From Octopus sinensis (lineage: Eukaryota), in the NCBI RefSeq assembly GCF_006345805.1, contig NW_021834643.1, positions 1-46,648 of the forward strand: a stretch of 46,648 nt of DNA, written 5' to 3'. Positions 22,488-35,660 of this stretch are shown in pieces (the stretch's first letter is position 1; each line of letters starts with the position of its first letter). Below the pieces are notes generated by a model. The model was not told the DNA's origin and did no database searches. It worked only from the letters and a program-made list of their open reading frames with translations. The translations under genes and the position numbers were made by a program.

Positions 22488-25400
22488 TGTTACTACAGCA
22501 TGAAAAGTGCTAAGTAAAGATGTTGAATAGTTTCTTTTTAAATATGCATTGTTAACAACCTCTACCCTTTTTTCATTTTGTATTTTATGTCAAGGATTCA
22601 GACAAGGGAAATAGTCGAAAGAAACACGTGTCTGTATCTGTAAACCAGTAATGTATTTTCAACCTTTCTAATTAAGAGGGAAAACCAGTACATCTGATCA
22701 AACAGATAGTCGAGAACTTGTCGGCAACGATTGTAAAATAATATGCTGTTAGCGGGATCTGTGGGAATTCCATGAAATGGAAAAAATTAAGAGGACCAAA
22801 TTAGTCTCATGGCATTCGTACTTTAGCTTTCTTTAAATATTATTGTCTTTCGTCTACATTCGTTTCCTCGCGTCTCTTTCGGTGTTGTGTTTTTCCTCTT
22901 TTTATTATATGTTCTCGCAGTTCCTCTCTGATCCATGCCCTAAATCTGCGCGTCCTTTCTCGGAGAGCTTGCAACAGTGTTTCCTGTAAATCCAGAGTTT
23001 AGGCTAAATTAACTACTATAAACAATTATTCATTTTTTAAATGAGCAGACGTTAAATAATTTCACTTACGCGCATGCTTTAAGCGATGGTCGCTACAAAA
23101 AACATTAGTTCAATAAAAAGAACTGTTTTTCCCTATCAACACACCACCACTACCGCTAGCTACCTCATTCACTCTTTCTCTCTCTGTCTCTCTCTCTGTC
23201 TCTCTCTCTGTCTCTCTCTATCTATCTATCTATCTCTCAGTATAACTGCCGCCCCTCTCCATCTCTATCTACCTTTTCCTTCACTTAACTTTTTAATCAC
23301 ATAAGTATTCCTTTCCCAAACCAGTGTACGTCGTTAACACTTCTCTCTCCTTTTTCTCTCGTCGTCTTTTCAATCGTTTTTCACCTCTTTCTTTAGCTGA
23401 CCCCATGTATTAATATTAATCATCTTTCTCTACTTCTTTCCCCCTCTCTATCACTCTCTTTCACACACTATTACTCCATCTCTCACTCACTTCACCTCCA
23501 CCTCTCACTCAGTTCATCTCCACCTCTCACTCACTTCATCTCCACCTCACTCATTTCGCCGCCATCTCTCCAACTAGTTAATGTTATACTGTTATATGGG
23601 CGAACAAACAAGCAAATTATATAGATAATTTGACACAGACCGCTAGAAAGACCGTTGCTTCAATGGCGACAGTTTCTGAAGAATACAGCGATAAAGAAAA
23701 AAAGATAAAACCTTCGTAAATCGTGACGTATATTTGCCATTTGAATATGGCTAACCCCTAAGGGTGGATGCTACTGTAGTTTGTAGCCCCAGGAAGACAC
23801 CTCCTCCAGCTGGCTATAGACACACTTTCTGTGCCCTATCAGTATTTGTGAAGGGAAGTCATCCTTCCCGTCTTCAACTTATGATACACACGGACTCGAG
23901 TTTTAAGGTATTGACCTATCATCGGCGTGTGACAATCATAGTTGTGAAATTTAATTACAAATTTATTACATTGTCTTTGATATATAAAACTGATACATAT
24001 TTTGAATAGTTAGCTGTTGGTACTAGTGTATACTTTCTCGCAACAACAGAAGATGGTAGATATCCTGAGGAGGTGGTGAGGAAGTAGTTTAACAATCAAG
24101 GTTTTTGTGGTAACACTGTCCTGTCTGTGATATAAAATTTGAACAAATTGGCTGCCAAGTTAGTCATAAGGCCATCAAATATTTCAAATCTAGCGTAGAG
24201 GGGTTATGATGATTTAATAATCATCATGAATTGAATGCGAAACGCATTCATCTTGAATCAGGCAGCTTCACGAAGCTCAAATTTGGAGGGCTCTGCCAAT
24301 TTCCCCAGAGTCTATCGCAGAAGAAACTGAGTTATATTAAAGTTCACTTTAGATGTCTTGCAAACGACTTGCCCATGCAAGTGCTACCAGTCAAAAACTT
24401 CGCATACCGGAAGTCAGCAAGTGTATGGGGTCATCAGGAGAGAATGCGCGCCGTTTCGGGGCCTACCTCTCGACGGCATCAGTGCGCACCGCCCCCCCCT
24501 CCTCACTGATATCGTCTCTTTTTAGCCAAATCCAGTGGCTAGCCTTCTCCACTGTAATTTGGATATCTTTACGGAATTACCAAATATTTAACAATGAAGA
24601 CTCAACGTATAGTCGTAAGTGAAGTTGTGAAAGTTTTGCGACGTAGGATTGCTCGAAGGCAGGCGGTCTGCACCGTTTGAAATTAGTAATGGGGGAGGAT
24701 CAGTACACCCACAAGTTTTAAAAGATATAAAACATCAGCTATCAGGGCATTATTATCATTCCAAGAAATCATGGTTCAATATTCATATCTTTAATGGCTT
24801 GTTTTTCTCACATTTCATACTTGTAGTGTGTAAGTACGATAAAAACGTCTTCAAACTTTCTTTTTATGCGCAAATGACACAAATGATTTTGGTTAATGCA
24901 CCTGCTCACCCAGCTGATCACTACTTTGCCAGCACTGGTGATAAAATAATATACCGATTTTGCGAACCAAAGTTATTTTGTCTCCTTGTTCAAAGCATGG
25001 CTCAAGGTATGAAAGTAACCCGCTGAATATTAAAAGATATTATATCAACTATGACATTTAGCGGAACTTTTGTGGCGACACAAGACGATATAGGAGAAGA
25101 TACACGAGGGGAAAAATTCCAGTAGCATGAAGACTTCAAGTCTATATATAATTTACCTTAACAGCTTCATGGAAAGAACTGATGGCTACAGCATTAATGA
25201 AACGTCTGTATAGTGTAGAGGTAGGACACGGTTTTGCAGGATTTAAGGAACTTAGCTTTCATTCCACTCTACAGGAAACAGGTGCAACACATGACACAGA
25301 GGATAGCATCAAAATCTGCCTAGAAGACACAGAGGATGAGTTTTGATATCAAGTGTTGACAAAAAATAAAAGCAGATATTCTCGTTGGTGATAACAGGAT

Positions 25401-25585
25401 GATGAATTCAATGAAGGCAATTGTATATATATATATATATATATAATATATATATAATATTATATATATATATATATATTACATATATTATATATATATA
25501 TACTTACATACATATATATATATATTATATATATACATACATACATACATATATATAAATATATACATATATATATATATAAATA

Positions 25586-26282
25586 TATAATTTCAACAAT
25601 TGAGGGTAAAATTAATTAATTATTAATCAATTTCACCAAGTATTCAGTATGCAAAGGGACCATTTAAGGCGAATTCAAATTATTACATTATATAAAAGGG
25701 CTTAGTAAAATAAATTACTTTGCCGCATACTGAACTCATTAGAAATAGTAGCTAAAAAAACTTTTTTAAAAACTATTTCTAATACTTAAAGAAAACCTCT
25801 CTCATATAGTGTTTGCTCAACTCAACTCACGAAAGTATGGGGGTAAAGACATTAAAAAATCAAATGCAAAGGTTATTTGAGAACGTACGTTTCAAGATTA
25901 GTCAACTCGACATTTCTATCATCAGCTCAGAACTCCTTGGTTTGGATTTGAAAACACTGAAAGTGGGAGCATACCCTTTCGGCTTCTTATCGCTTCTGAA
26001 GATCTGCTCGAAACTAACAGTGCCAGCAAACTCAAAATTGCAAGCGAAGAATTTCTGCTCTCCCCTTTCCACCAGCGTGGGTTAAAATCAGCAAACACTA
26101 TGCTTTTTTCGGTAAAATCCGAGGCATTAAATAGAGAGAGATGAATTATAATTTCAACAATTGAGGGTAAAATTAATTAATTATTAATCAATTTCACCAA
26201 GTATTCAGTATGCAAAGGGACCATTTAAGGCGAATTCAAATTATTACATTATATAAAAGGGCTTAGTAAAATAAATTACTTT
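25586..26282. repeat. Partial tandem: 136-bp identical direct repeats (25586-25721, 26147-26282), period 561
   Basis: Repeats appear base-identical; left edge abuts (TA)n. Confidence 0.85.
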
Positions 26283-26289
26283 ATTTACT

Positions 26290-26322
<33 letters not shown>

Positions 26323-26332
26323 TATATATATA

Positions 26333-27215
26333 TACTGCTCTGATAATTAACTATCCGGACTGTTGACATAGTAAAAAAGCTAAAGCATGCAGAATGAAGC
26401 CGATTAGCACAGATTAACCTTGAACTCTGCCGTGCATGCGCACTAAGTTTCAACGTTTTAGCTCCTATCCGTTGTTTACAGCAGTTCTTTGAAGGAAGAT
26501 GTGTAGGGTTTGATCGTCGCATTGACAATGACAGAGAAAGTTAAGCAGAGAATTAAATTTTGCCAAAAGCTTGGCGATAATTGCTCAGAAGACTACGCGA
26601 AGTTTCCAAATTGTTTTCATCGTCGAGAACGATGAAACCAAGGAGATTTTGGGCGACTGAAACCTGAGTGTCCTTTTGGTCAACTGTTTGGTAGCAGACG
26701 CGAGTTTCATACCCAAAACTTCAGTAATAATGGACTGAACTGTGCCGTAACTAATCTGCACATTCTCTGACAACTCACGGATGGTGATTCGACGATTCTC
26801 CCCCCCCCCAGCTGCACGCAAATCTGCAATATTTTCCTTAGTTTTGCTGGTTGCGTGTCTCCCAGAATGTACGTCAATATCTACATTTTTTTTGTTGCCT
26901 TCTTGAAAACATCCGAACAACTCATACACTTGTGTGCGGCTCATACACTCCTTTCCATACACTTTCTGCAACTTTGTGTAGGCCTATGATCAAGTATCAC
27001 CATAAAATCTTGCACTGTCATGGTAAATACAACGATCACACTCTACACACCTTCCTTCAAAGCAATGCTATAAGCAGCCGAAGAGAGCTAGAACGTTAAA
27101 GCGTAGTGCGCATGCACAATAGAGACCAAGGTCAATATGTGCCAAGTGGCTTTACTCTGTGCGCTTTAGCTGCGTTACTATGGCAACAGTCTGGATACAT
27201 ATTCATCAGACTTGT
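26333..27215. mobile_element. Mariner derivative made of two inward-facing 5' ends
   Basis: Plus arm 26333-26604 (TIR, UTR, MTEKVKQRIKFCQKLGD). Minus arm 27215-26600 (same TIR/UTR, ...QKVYGKECMSRTQVYE...RRITIRELSE...DQKDTQVSVAQNLL). Confidence 0.8.
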
Positions 27216-27219
27216 GTGT

Positions 27220-27256
27220 TTATATATATGTGTATATATATATATTATATATATAC

Positions 27257-27313
<57 letters not shown>

Positions 27314-27383
27314 ACGTACATATATAAATACATATAAATATATATACATATATATATAAATATATATACATATATATATGTAT

Positions 27384-27437
<54 letters not shown>

Positions 27438-27464
27438 AATATATATACATATATATATACAGAC

Positions 27465-27550
<86 letters not shown>
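27220..27550. repeat. (TA)n-(GATA)n tract
   Basis: Direct inspection. Confidence 0.95.
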
Positions 27551-28122
27551 CATATCGTTTCGTCGTGGGCGACTACACCGGCTCTTCCACAAGACTAGCC
27601 TGGAGAGAAGGGATGCTCGAAACACATCAAAATTAAAAACAAGGCCAGTCAAAAGGATGGATGATCTCAGCGTAGTTTCAACGAATTTAGAAATTCTAGC
27701 TTAGCGAGTGGTGTGGTGGAAGACCACTGGGAGTGAGGCACCTCTCCGCTTTTCTTAAAACACGTCTCTAGGAGAACACATTAATATAAAACAAGATTTG
27801 CTGATATGAACCAAGATTTCTCTATCGGAGAATCTCAATTGATCAGCATCCGGTTTCTTTCATGTCCATTTGCCCGGATGGCATTTTACTCTAAATCTTC
27901 AAAAAGCAAACTTACTTTATTCTTTAGGTTTGTAATTTGTACTGAGTGTGTAATTAACAATATGTTAATAAATTAATTTATATCTATTTAAACTCTCCAT
28001 TTTCTTACTTAATAATATTTGATATTTATGATACACCTATTGAAGATATACTTATCAACAGTATAAGATATTTAGCCAGTGTAATGAATTCATCCCTTTA
28101 TGAGGGTAACATATCCTCGCAG

Positions 28123-28704
28123 AGGGCGGCTAGCTGGCAGAATCATTAGCACGGCGGGCAAAATGCTTAGCGGTATTTCGTCTGTCGTTACCTTGTGAGT
28201 TCAAATTCCGCCGAAGTAGACTTTGCCTTTCATCCCTTCGGGGTCGATAAATTAAGTACCAGTTACGCACTGGGATCGATGTAATCGACTTAATACCTAT
28301 GTCTGTCCTTGTTTGTCCCCACTGTGTTTAGCCCCTTGTGGGTAGTAAAGAAATAGGTATTTCGTCTGCCGCTACGTTCTGAGTTCAAATTCCGCCGAGG
28401 TCGACTTTGCCTTTCATCCTTTCGGGGTCGATTAAATAAGTACCTGTTACGCACTGGGATCGATGTAATCGACTTAATCCGTTTGTCTGTCCTTGTTTGT
28501 CCCCTCTATGTTTAGCCCCCTGTGGGTAGTAAAGAAATGGGCATTTCGTCTGTTACATTCTGAGTTCAAATTCCGCCGAGGTCGACTTTGCCTTTCTTCT
28601 TGTCGGGATTCATAAATTAAGTACCAGTTGCGTACTGGGGTCGATCTAATCGACTGGCCCCCTCCCCCAAAATTTCGGGCCTTGTGCGTACAGTAGAAAA
28701 GAAT
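28123..28704 (+). mobile_element. SINE family B, trimeric copy with 12-bp target site duplication
   Basis: Head plus three 184-bp-period units (28172, 28356, 28540) plus tail; ATATCCTCGCAG at 28111-28122 and 28705-28716. Confidence 0.92.
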
Positions 28705-28719
28705 ATATCCTCGCAGTGA

Positions 28720-28720
28720 C

Positions 28721-28765
<45 letters not shown>

Positions 28766-29775
28766 GCATACACACACACAATGCGCACTCGTACACACAC
28801 AAACACACACATACACACACGCAAACACACATATACATACAAATGTGCTGAAAGATGAAGTCTGTGCGGTGGTGTACGCGCGTCCATGATGTGGGGGTGG
28901 GGTATGTGTGTGTGTGTGTGTGCGTGCGTGCGTGTGTGTAAGTGAGTGTGTGTGTGTGTGTGTGTGTGTGAGTGAGTGTGTGTGTGTGTGTGTGTATTTC
29001 TCCGTGTTGCCATTCTTGCCATTATTTTTCTTGTTGTTGTTCTTCCTGTCGCTATGGCTATTGTTGCTGTTCCTGTTGTTGTTGTTGTTGTTGTTTTGTT
29101 TTTTTTGTTAGTGCTGTTGATGTTGACGTTATGGATGTTGTTTTGCAAGCGTTTCCGCGGCAAACATACTGTCAGTTAAGAAACGTTGGATTGTCCGTCA
29201 ATCGCTATCAAGTCTACCGCGGAAACGACACCAACACCTCCAACGCCATCAACGCCACTAACGCCACTAACGCCACCACCTACAACAACAACAACAACAA
29301 CACCTGTATTACCTATTCTAGCTCTTCATGCTACAACTACTGCTTCTAACATCGTTGCTACAACACCTTCCCTCGCTGCTACTCTAACCTAACCACTTCT
29401 ACTGCTTCCTCTACTACGTTCTCTACTGCGGCTGATTTCTGTCGCTGCTGTTTTACTGCTGCTAATTCTAGAATGACCAAGTAGCGAGGAGAGGAAGAGT
29501 CTACGTGGTTGTTTAACCTGCTAAAAATAACAACCAAATCTCCCTGGAATCCCCCCCCCCACTGGTTGAAGAAAAAATAAAAAAGTATAAATAAATAAAA
29601 AAGGGTAGTTTGGATATCATGGTTTTTTGGGTGCAGTGTTCCACGGAAATGTATAAGAAAACGACGTGATGGTCATGCCTGGAGAACAGGTTTGCTCGGT
29701 CAGGACAAGACAGGGCAGTCATGGTGATAAACAGCATGTCTACTACTCATAGTATTAACACAACCATCATTACCC

Positions 29776-29818
<43 letters not shown>

Positions 29819-30190
29819 CACGGCCACTACAAACACTACATCTACTACTACTACAACAATTAATACAACTATACAACTGCTGCTGCTACTACTACTACTA
29901 CTATTACCACTACATTATTACTACTATCACTAAAGTCGCTGTCTTTGCTAATTGAACTATATAAAACTCTATCGATGAGTGTTGACATCAATAACGTTCG
30001 CCATATGTCCCGACATATCCAGCAGCTCGACACCACCACCACCGATACCACTACCGCCATCACTACCACCCCATATCCGAACATCACCATCACTTAACAA
30101 CACCACCAAGAATACCCCCAACCCCACCCTACCAACCTTACACCACCAATCACATAATCCTACACCGTCACCATCACCATCAAGGCCTCG
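28720..30190. repeat. (CA)n/(GT)n, (GTT)n, (CAA)n, (ACT)n, (CCA)n low-complexity block
   Basis: Direct inspection. Confidence 0.85.
29505..29715 (+). repeat. Dispersed repeat fragment (related fragments at ~530-600 minus strand and ~30225-30420)
   Basis: Shared ...AAATA.CA.CCAAATCTCCC... and GATGGTCATG.CTGGA... motifs; family not identified. Confidence 0.35.
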
Positions 30191-30656
30191 CAACGCAGAG
30201 AGTCTCTACATGACAGCACAATTTATTAGAAATAGTAGCCAAAGTTTCCTCTATACTAACAACTGAATGAAAAGAAAAAAACAAACAAACAAAAACAATG
30301 GAAAATGTAGTCTTTTTTCCATTTGCGAATGGGGAAAAAGCGATGTTATGGTTACAGTTGAATTCATATGATTATACTGTGCTCTAACAGGCTAACGAGC
30401 CTGGGGCTAAACATAACCGATCCCACCACCACTTCTTTCTGAGAGAAGTAAACGAATCTAGCCAGAGCTTAGTAGCTACTGTTCCGCATTATTCATTACT
30501 AATAGCGCACGCGTGGTAGTAGTAGTAGTAGTAGTAGTAGTACGTTTGTCTTCTATTTGAAACGCCTTAGTTCAAACCTCGGCATCTCCAAGATTTTGCA
30601 TTCTAAGATGTAGGTTTTTTTTAATGTAAAAATAAAGAGGTTCCAAATGTGAATTA

Positions 30657-30795
30657 GGCGGTGAGCTGGCAGAATTGTTAGCATGCTGGAAAAAAAATGC
30701 TTAGTGGCATTTCAAGTCTTGAGTTCAAATTCTGCCTAGGTCGATGTCGCCTTTCATCTTTTCGGGATCGATAAAATAAGTATCAGTTGATCACA
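30657..30795 (+). mobile_element. SINE family B, truncated
   Basis: GGCGGTGAGCTGGCAGAAT head and core. Confidence 0.78.
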
Positions 30796-31744
30796 TATTC
30801 TCCCACATAAAATTTCTTGTGTATTTTCATTTAATTCACACAGTAGTAAAATAAGAGCTGCTAATAATTTCTTGCTATTGAGACACGTGGTTAGGTAGAT
30901 TTTTTTTACAAAGTGCCTTGAGTCACCATGGCGTTTAAGGCTCTGGGCACATTGTTTGTCCCATTTGAAAAACAGGACGATTGTACATGCATAAACTCAG
31001 AAAAAGCCACAAGGTACATGCAAAAAGTGGAATGGGAGTTTCGTTCCCTTTGACCCTTGGAATCATAATTAAGCTGGCTGGGTAGAATAATTCAACGTAG
31101 CGGAGCCCAAAGTCTGCGAGTCTTCTGCTCAGTGAAGAAAGAGTGATGTCTTCCAGATCGACAAAAGAAATTTGCCCATATGCTTGCATTTGCTGAACAT
31201 ATCGGTTCTGGAAGTACAATAGTATGGTCGAATTCATAGATCTAAAATTAACGAGCCATCTTTCTGGTACGCATGAGTTACACCTCTTAGATTCACATGC
31301 TTATGGCACGGATTTATCCTTGATTCTGCACTTCATTGTATGTGGCGCAGAGTCGGTCTTCATATCCCATACGTTGCAAGGCAACTTAGCAGCTTTACTT
31401 ATATATGTATGTGTGTGTATATGGGTGTGAGTATGTATGTATATATGAATCTATGTACGATCTCACCAAAACACACAACACTACAACTTACACTACCATA
31501 CCACACAACACTTTACATCACAACACAACACCACGCACGCATCAGCACTGACCACTTCCCAGACCCATATTTTCACACATACACATGCACACACGCACAC
31601 GTCAAGATTACCAGCCCTCTTCCACACGCACATACAAACTCTCTTATACACACGCATGCGCACCTTCATTTTGGGATCACCACTACTTTATTATCTCCCC
31701 TTCTCCCTAGTTCTCCTGTGTGACTCTTCAGTCCGGCATTCGCC

Positions 31745-31929
31745 ATGATAGATCGCTAGCCACCACACATTCTTTATTTTCTCTCCTTGTTTCTTTCTGT
31801 GTTCCTTTCTGTGGAAGAGCGTAGGCTCGAAACGTTAAAGACTTTTTCACTTCCCGAGCGTTATACTAATACATCTGTTTGTTGTCTACACCACGTGTCT
31901 TCGTCTTTTGTTTTTTTGTGAATTCTCCC

Positions 31930-31930
<1 letters not shown>
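31745..31930 (+). mobile_element. Short Penelope-like repeat, GAGC/GCTC hammerhead-like family (motif 31805-31840)
   Basis: CTTT-CTGTGGA-A-GAGC-GTAG-GCTC-GAAACGTT-AAAG; similar to 34885-35100; ends in (TA)n. Confidence 0.55.
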
Positions 31931-31983
<53 letters not shown>

Positions 31984-32662
31984 GCGTGCGTGTGTGTGTA
32001 TGTATGTATGTATGAATGAATGTATGTGTGTAAGTTGTCATAATAGAATCTGAGTTTCAAATGTCGGAGCTTATATGTGGATATGTAAACTAGCAGAATA
32101 AGTAGGTACAAGGCTTTAAAACAAAAGTACTGGTGTTGATACATTCGACTATAAATTATTCAGCGCCCACCTGGGGCGGTTGCGCCCACTTTGAGGACCT
32201 ATGAGTTAAGCCATTATCAGAGTTATTGGAGTCCCTCGTCATTAATATTCTTGTTTAAGATTAGTAAATACTATATATATATATAATATACATTCGACTA
32301 TAAACTTGACTAAAGCGATAAAAGTTACATGTCTGTGTAGTGGCGAGTGCGTTTTTCTGGTTATGTATATTTTGTGTGTCTAATAAATTATTGTTTTCCA
32401 ATTCTAAACTTTTACAGTGTAATAAAATGGACGCTGCCCCCATCACATCCACAGAAAAATCTGTCAAAGTTTCGGCAATATAAAGTAAACAGTGTGGAGA
32501 TTGTATTCTAGTTCAATGAAATATATTGGGCAACACATCACATCCAATAACGTAATTGACAAGATATACCTGTATATATATATAGTATATATATATATGT
32601 TGTGTGTGTGCGTGTATATATATATTATATATTATATATATATGTGTGTGTATATGTATATA

Positions 32663-32734
<72 letters not shown>

Positions 32735-32852
32735 CTTAATATTTGTTTCTAAGTTCAGTTATAATTAGAAAAGTTTTATATTGTTTTGGTGGGTTACTCA
32801 CTGCTTTTTTAGAGTACAAATTTATTATTCTTAGACAAGAATTATTGCCAGT

Positions 32853-33600
32853 GACTTGCTTAGCGGTATTTCGTCTGTCATTACGCTCTCAATTCAAATT
32901 CAACCGAGGTCGACTTTAAGTTTCATCCTTTCAGTGCCGATAAATTAAGTACCAGTTGCGTACTGGGGTCGATCTAATCGACTGCCCCCCTTTCCAAAAA
33001 TTTCTGGCCTTGTGCCGAGAGTTAGAAAAGAGTATTAGACTACGTTAAGGACTTTGCCTTTCATCCTTTTGGGGTCGGTTAAATAAGTACCAGTTACGCA
33101 CTGGGGTCGATATAATCGACTTAATCCATTTGTCTGTCCTTGTTCGTCCCCTTTGCGTTTAGCCCCTTGTGGGTAGTAAAGAAATCGGTATTTCGTCTGT
33201 CTTTACGTTCTGAGTTCAAATTCCGCCGAGGTCGACTTTGCCTTTCGTCTTTTCGAGGTAGATTAAATAAGTACCAATTACGCACTGGGGTCGATGTAAT
33301 CGACTTAATCTGGTTGTCTGCCCTTGTTTGTCCACTCTATGTTTAGCCCCTCTGTGGGCAATAAAGAAATAAGTATTAGACTATTTTCAGGTGGCGAGCT
33401 GGCAGAAACGTTAGCACGCCGGTCGAAATGCTTAGCGGTATTTCGTCGGTCTTTACGTTCTGAGTTCAAATTCTGCCGAGGTCGAATTTGCCTTTCAGTC
33501 TTCCGGGGTCGATAAATAAAGTAGCATTTGCGTACTTGGGTCGATCTAATCGACTGGCCCCTTCCCCCAAACTTTCGGGCCTGGTACATAAAGTAGAAAA
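32853..33600 (+). mobile_element. Cluster of three SINE family B copies (about 32853-33033, 33046-33378, 33388-33600)
   Basis: Repeated core motif, two tails and one full head at ~33390. Confidence 0.88.
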
Positions 33601-33954
33601 AATATTAAAACATTTCACTTAGTCAATACGGTGATCGCTAATAAACTGCAAGCTTATAATTATTAACTATATATATATCTCTAACATTTAATTTTCCCAG
33701 TCATTATACTGTCTTTGAGGAATTATAGGTGAATGATTCCACCCCAGTAATTATTCATGTTTTTTAAACATGTTACGTATTTTATCTCATTCTTTTCGCC
33801 GAACTGATAAGTTACAGGGACGTAAACAAAACAACCGTCAGACGATATGGTGGACAAACACAGATACAAAAACACAAACATATGCATATATAAATGCGTA
33901 TGTATGTATGCATGGATACATGCAAGTATGTATGTATGTATGTATGTTTTGTCA

Positions 33955-34320
33955 GGTCACTCTCGAGTGCTACTGGTAACATGTAACCCAGTACATGTTG
34001 CATGGTCGGGTCGTCGGCGACTAAACCGGCAACCCCACAAAGCTTGCTTGGCGAGGAGGGTCTTTATTGGACACCCTGTGGGATGAAAACCAAAACCCGT
34101 CAAAGGGCGGAGGAACTCTTGAGAGTCAACGGTCATCCAATAAATGTCTTAAGGCTGTATCATGCGCGAGAACATAGAAATATTCGGACTGAATACCCGA
34201 TCGCGCGGTTAAACCATTGAGAATGAAGGACTCCTAACCTTTGTTAGGGAATCCTTCTAGGAGAAAGTAACTCAGGTAACTGGAATAACTCCGATATAAA
34301 ACCTGCGGCTCAGTGGTTAC
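33955..34320 (+). mobile_element. Probable RTE-clade LINE 5' UTR fragment
   Basis: GC-richer island. CTAGGAGAAAGTAACTC...AAAACCTGCGGC resembles the CTAGGAGAAGGAAAACTCTG...AAACC motif recalled for RTE 5' UTRs; strong hairpin at 34225-34257. Confidence 0.4.
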
Positions 34321-34720
34321 CGATGATGTTGACTTTTTCTTCTTTTCGGATTATGGCTGCTGTTACTTAGTGAGTGGGATTGACTCAGTGCACAGCCTTT
34401 CCTCACTATAAAAAAATTTTCTTGCACAAGCATTGCACGATAACAACATTGATTAAGCTTCGTGCGATGGCCATACTCGATAACGATGGGGCAGCCACCA
34501 TGTATGTATGTACGCATGTATGTATGTATGTATGAATGTATGTGCTCCTACAAATGTTATAATTAAAATACTTATCAAAGTTTCGGCAGAATTGGCCAAG
34601 CCTTGGCTAACTTCCAGACAGTTCCCAGTCTGTGAATCTTAGTATTATTTATTTTCCTTCGTTAAATCCTTTCTTTCTTCAGTTCTTGTTTTCTTTCTTT
34701 CTTGTTCTATACATACATGC

Positions 34721-34751
<31 letters not shown>

Positions 34752-34761
34752 CATACATACA

Positions 34762-34797
<36 letters not shown>

Positions 34798-34884
34798 TAC
34801 ACATACATACATACATACATACATACATACATACATACATACATACATACGCATATATATATATATGTATATATATATATCATG

Positions 34885-35100
34885 TTGAATCGCTAGCTTC
34901 TGCACTCATATTTTTTCTCTCCTTTTTTTTCTCTCCTTGTTTCTCTCCGTGTTTCGTTTCTGTGTATCTTTCTGTTGAAGAGCCTAGGCTCGAAACGTTA
35001 AAGACTTGTTTTATTAATATTCCTGAGCGCCATACTTATACAATTGTTTGTTTGTACTCCACCTGCCTTCGTCTTTTGTTTATTTTCATAAAGCTTCCCG
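34885..35100 (+). mobile_element. Short Penelope-like repeat, GAGC/GCTC hammerhead-like family (motif 34967-35004)
   Basis: TCTTT-CTGTTGA-A-GAGC-CTAG-GCTC-GAAACGTT-AAAGA; flanked by (TA)n. Confidence 0.55.
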
Positions 35101-35142
35101 TTATATATATATATATATAATATATTATATATATATATATAT

Positions 35143-35307
35143 TTGTAAATATAAATCCAAATATGAAGCACATGGGTTTAGGGTCTGGAGAAACACTGTA
35201 ATGCTAATCGCTTTACGAATGTGAAACCCAGAGTAATCCCATAGACCAGCCACATATATCTTCATCTATATATAATCTTTTTCCTGTCTGTCTTCTATCT
35301 ATATCTA

Positions 35308-35403
<96 letters not shown>

Positions 35404-35660
35404 TATATATATATATACATATATATTGTAAATTAAATCCAATATGAAGCACATGGGTTAGGGTCTGGAGAAACACTGTAATGCTAATCGCTTTACGAAC
35501 GTGAAACCAGAGTAATCCCATAGACCAGCCCATATATCTTCATCTATATCTAATCTTTTTCTGTCTGTATCTATCTATCTATCTATCTATCTATCATCTA
35601 TCTATCTATCTATCTATCTATCTATATATCTATATATCTATATATATATCTATATTATTA
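35143..35660. repeat. Local tandem duplication, period ~283
   Basis: gtaaat..aatccaa.tatgaagcacatggg at 35145 and 35428; copies differ mainly by 1-bp deletions. Confidence 0.85.

Noticed and set aside
25996-26022. CTGAAGA-TCTGCTC-GAAAC-TAACA-GTG as a hammerhead
   Set aside because: Stem II cannot form, the triplet ends in G (violates NUH) and there is no convincing stem I.
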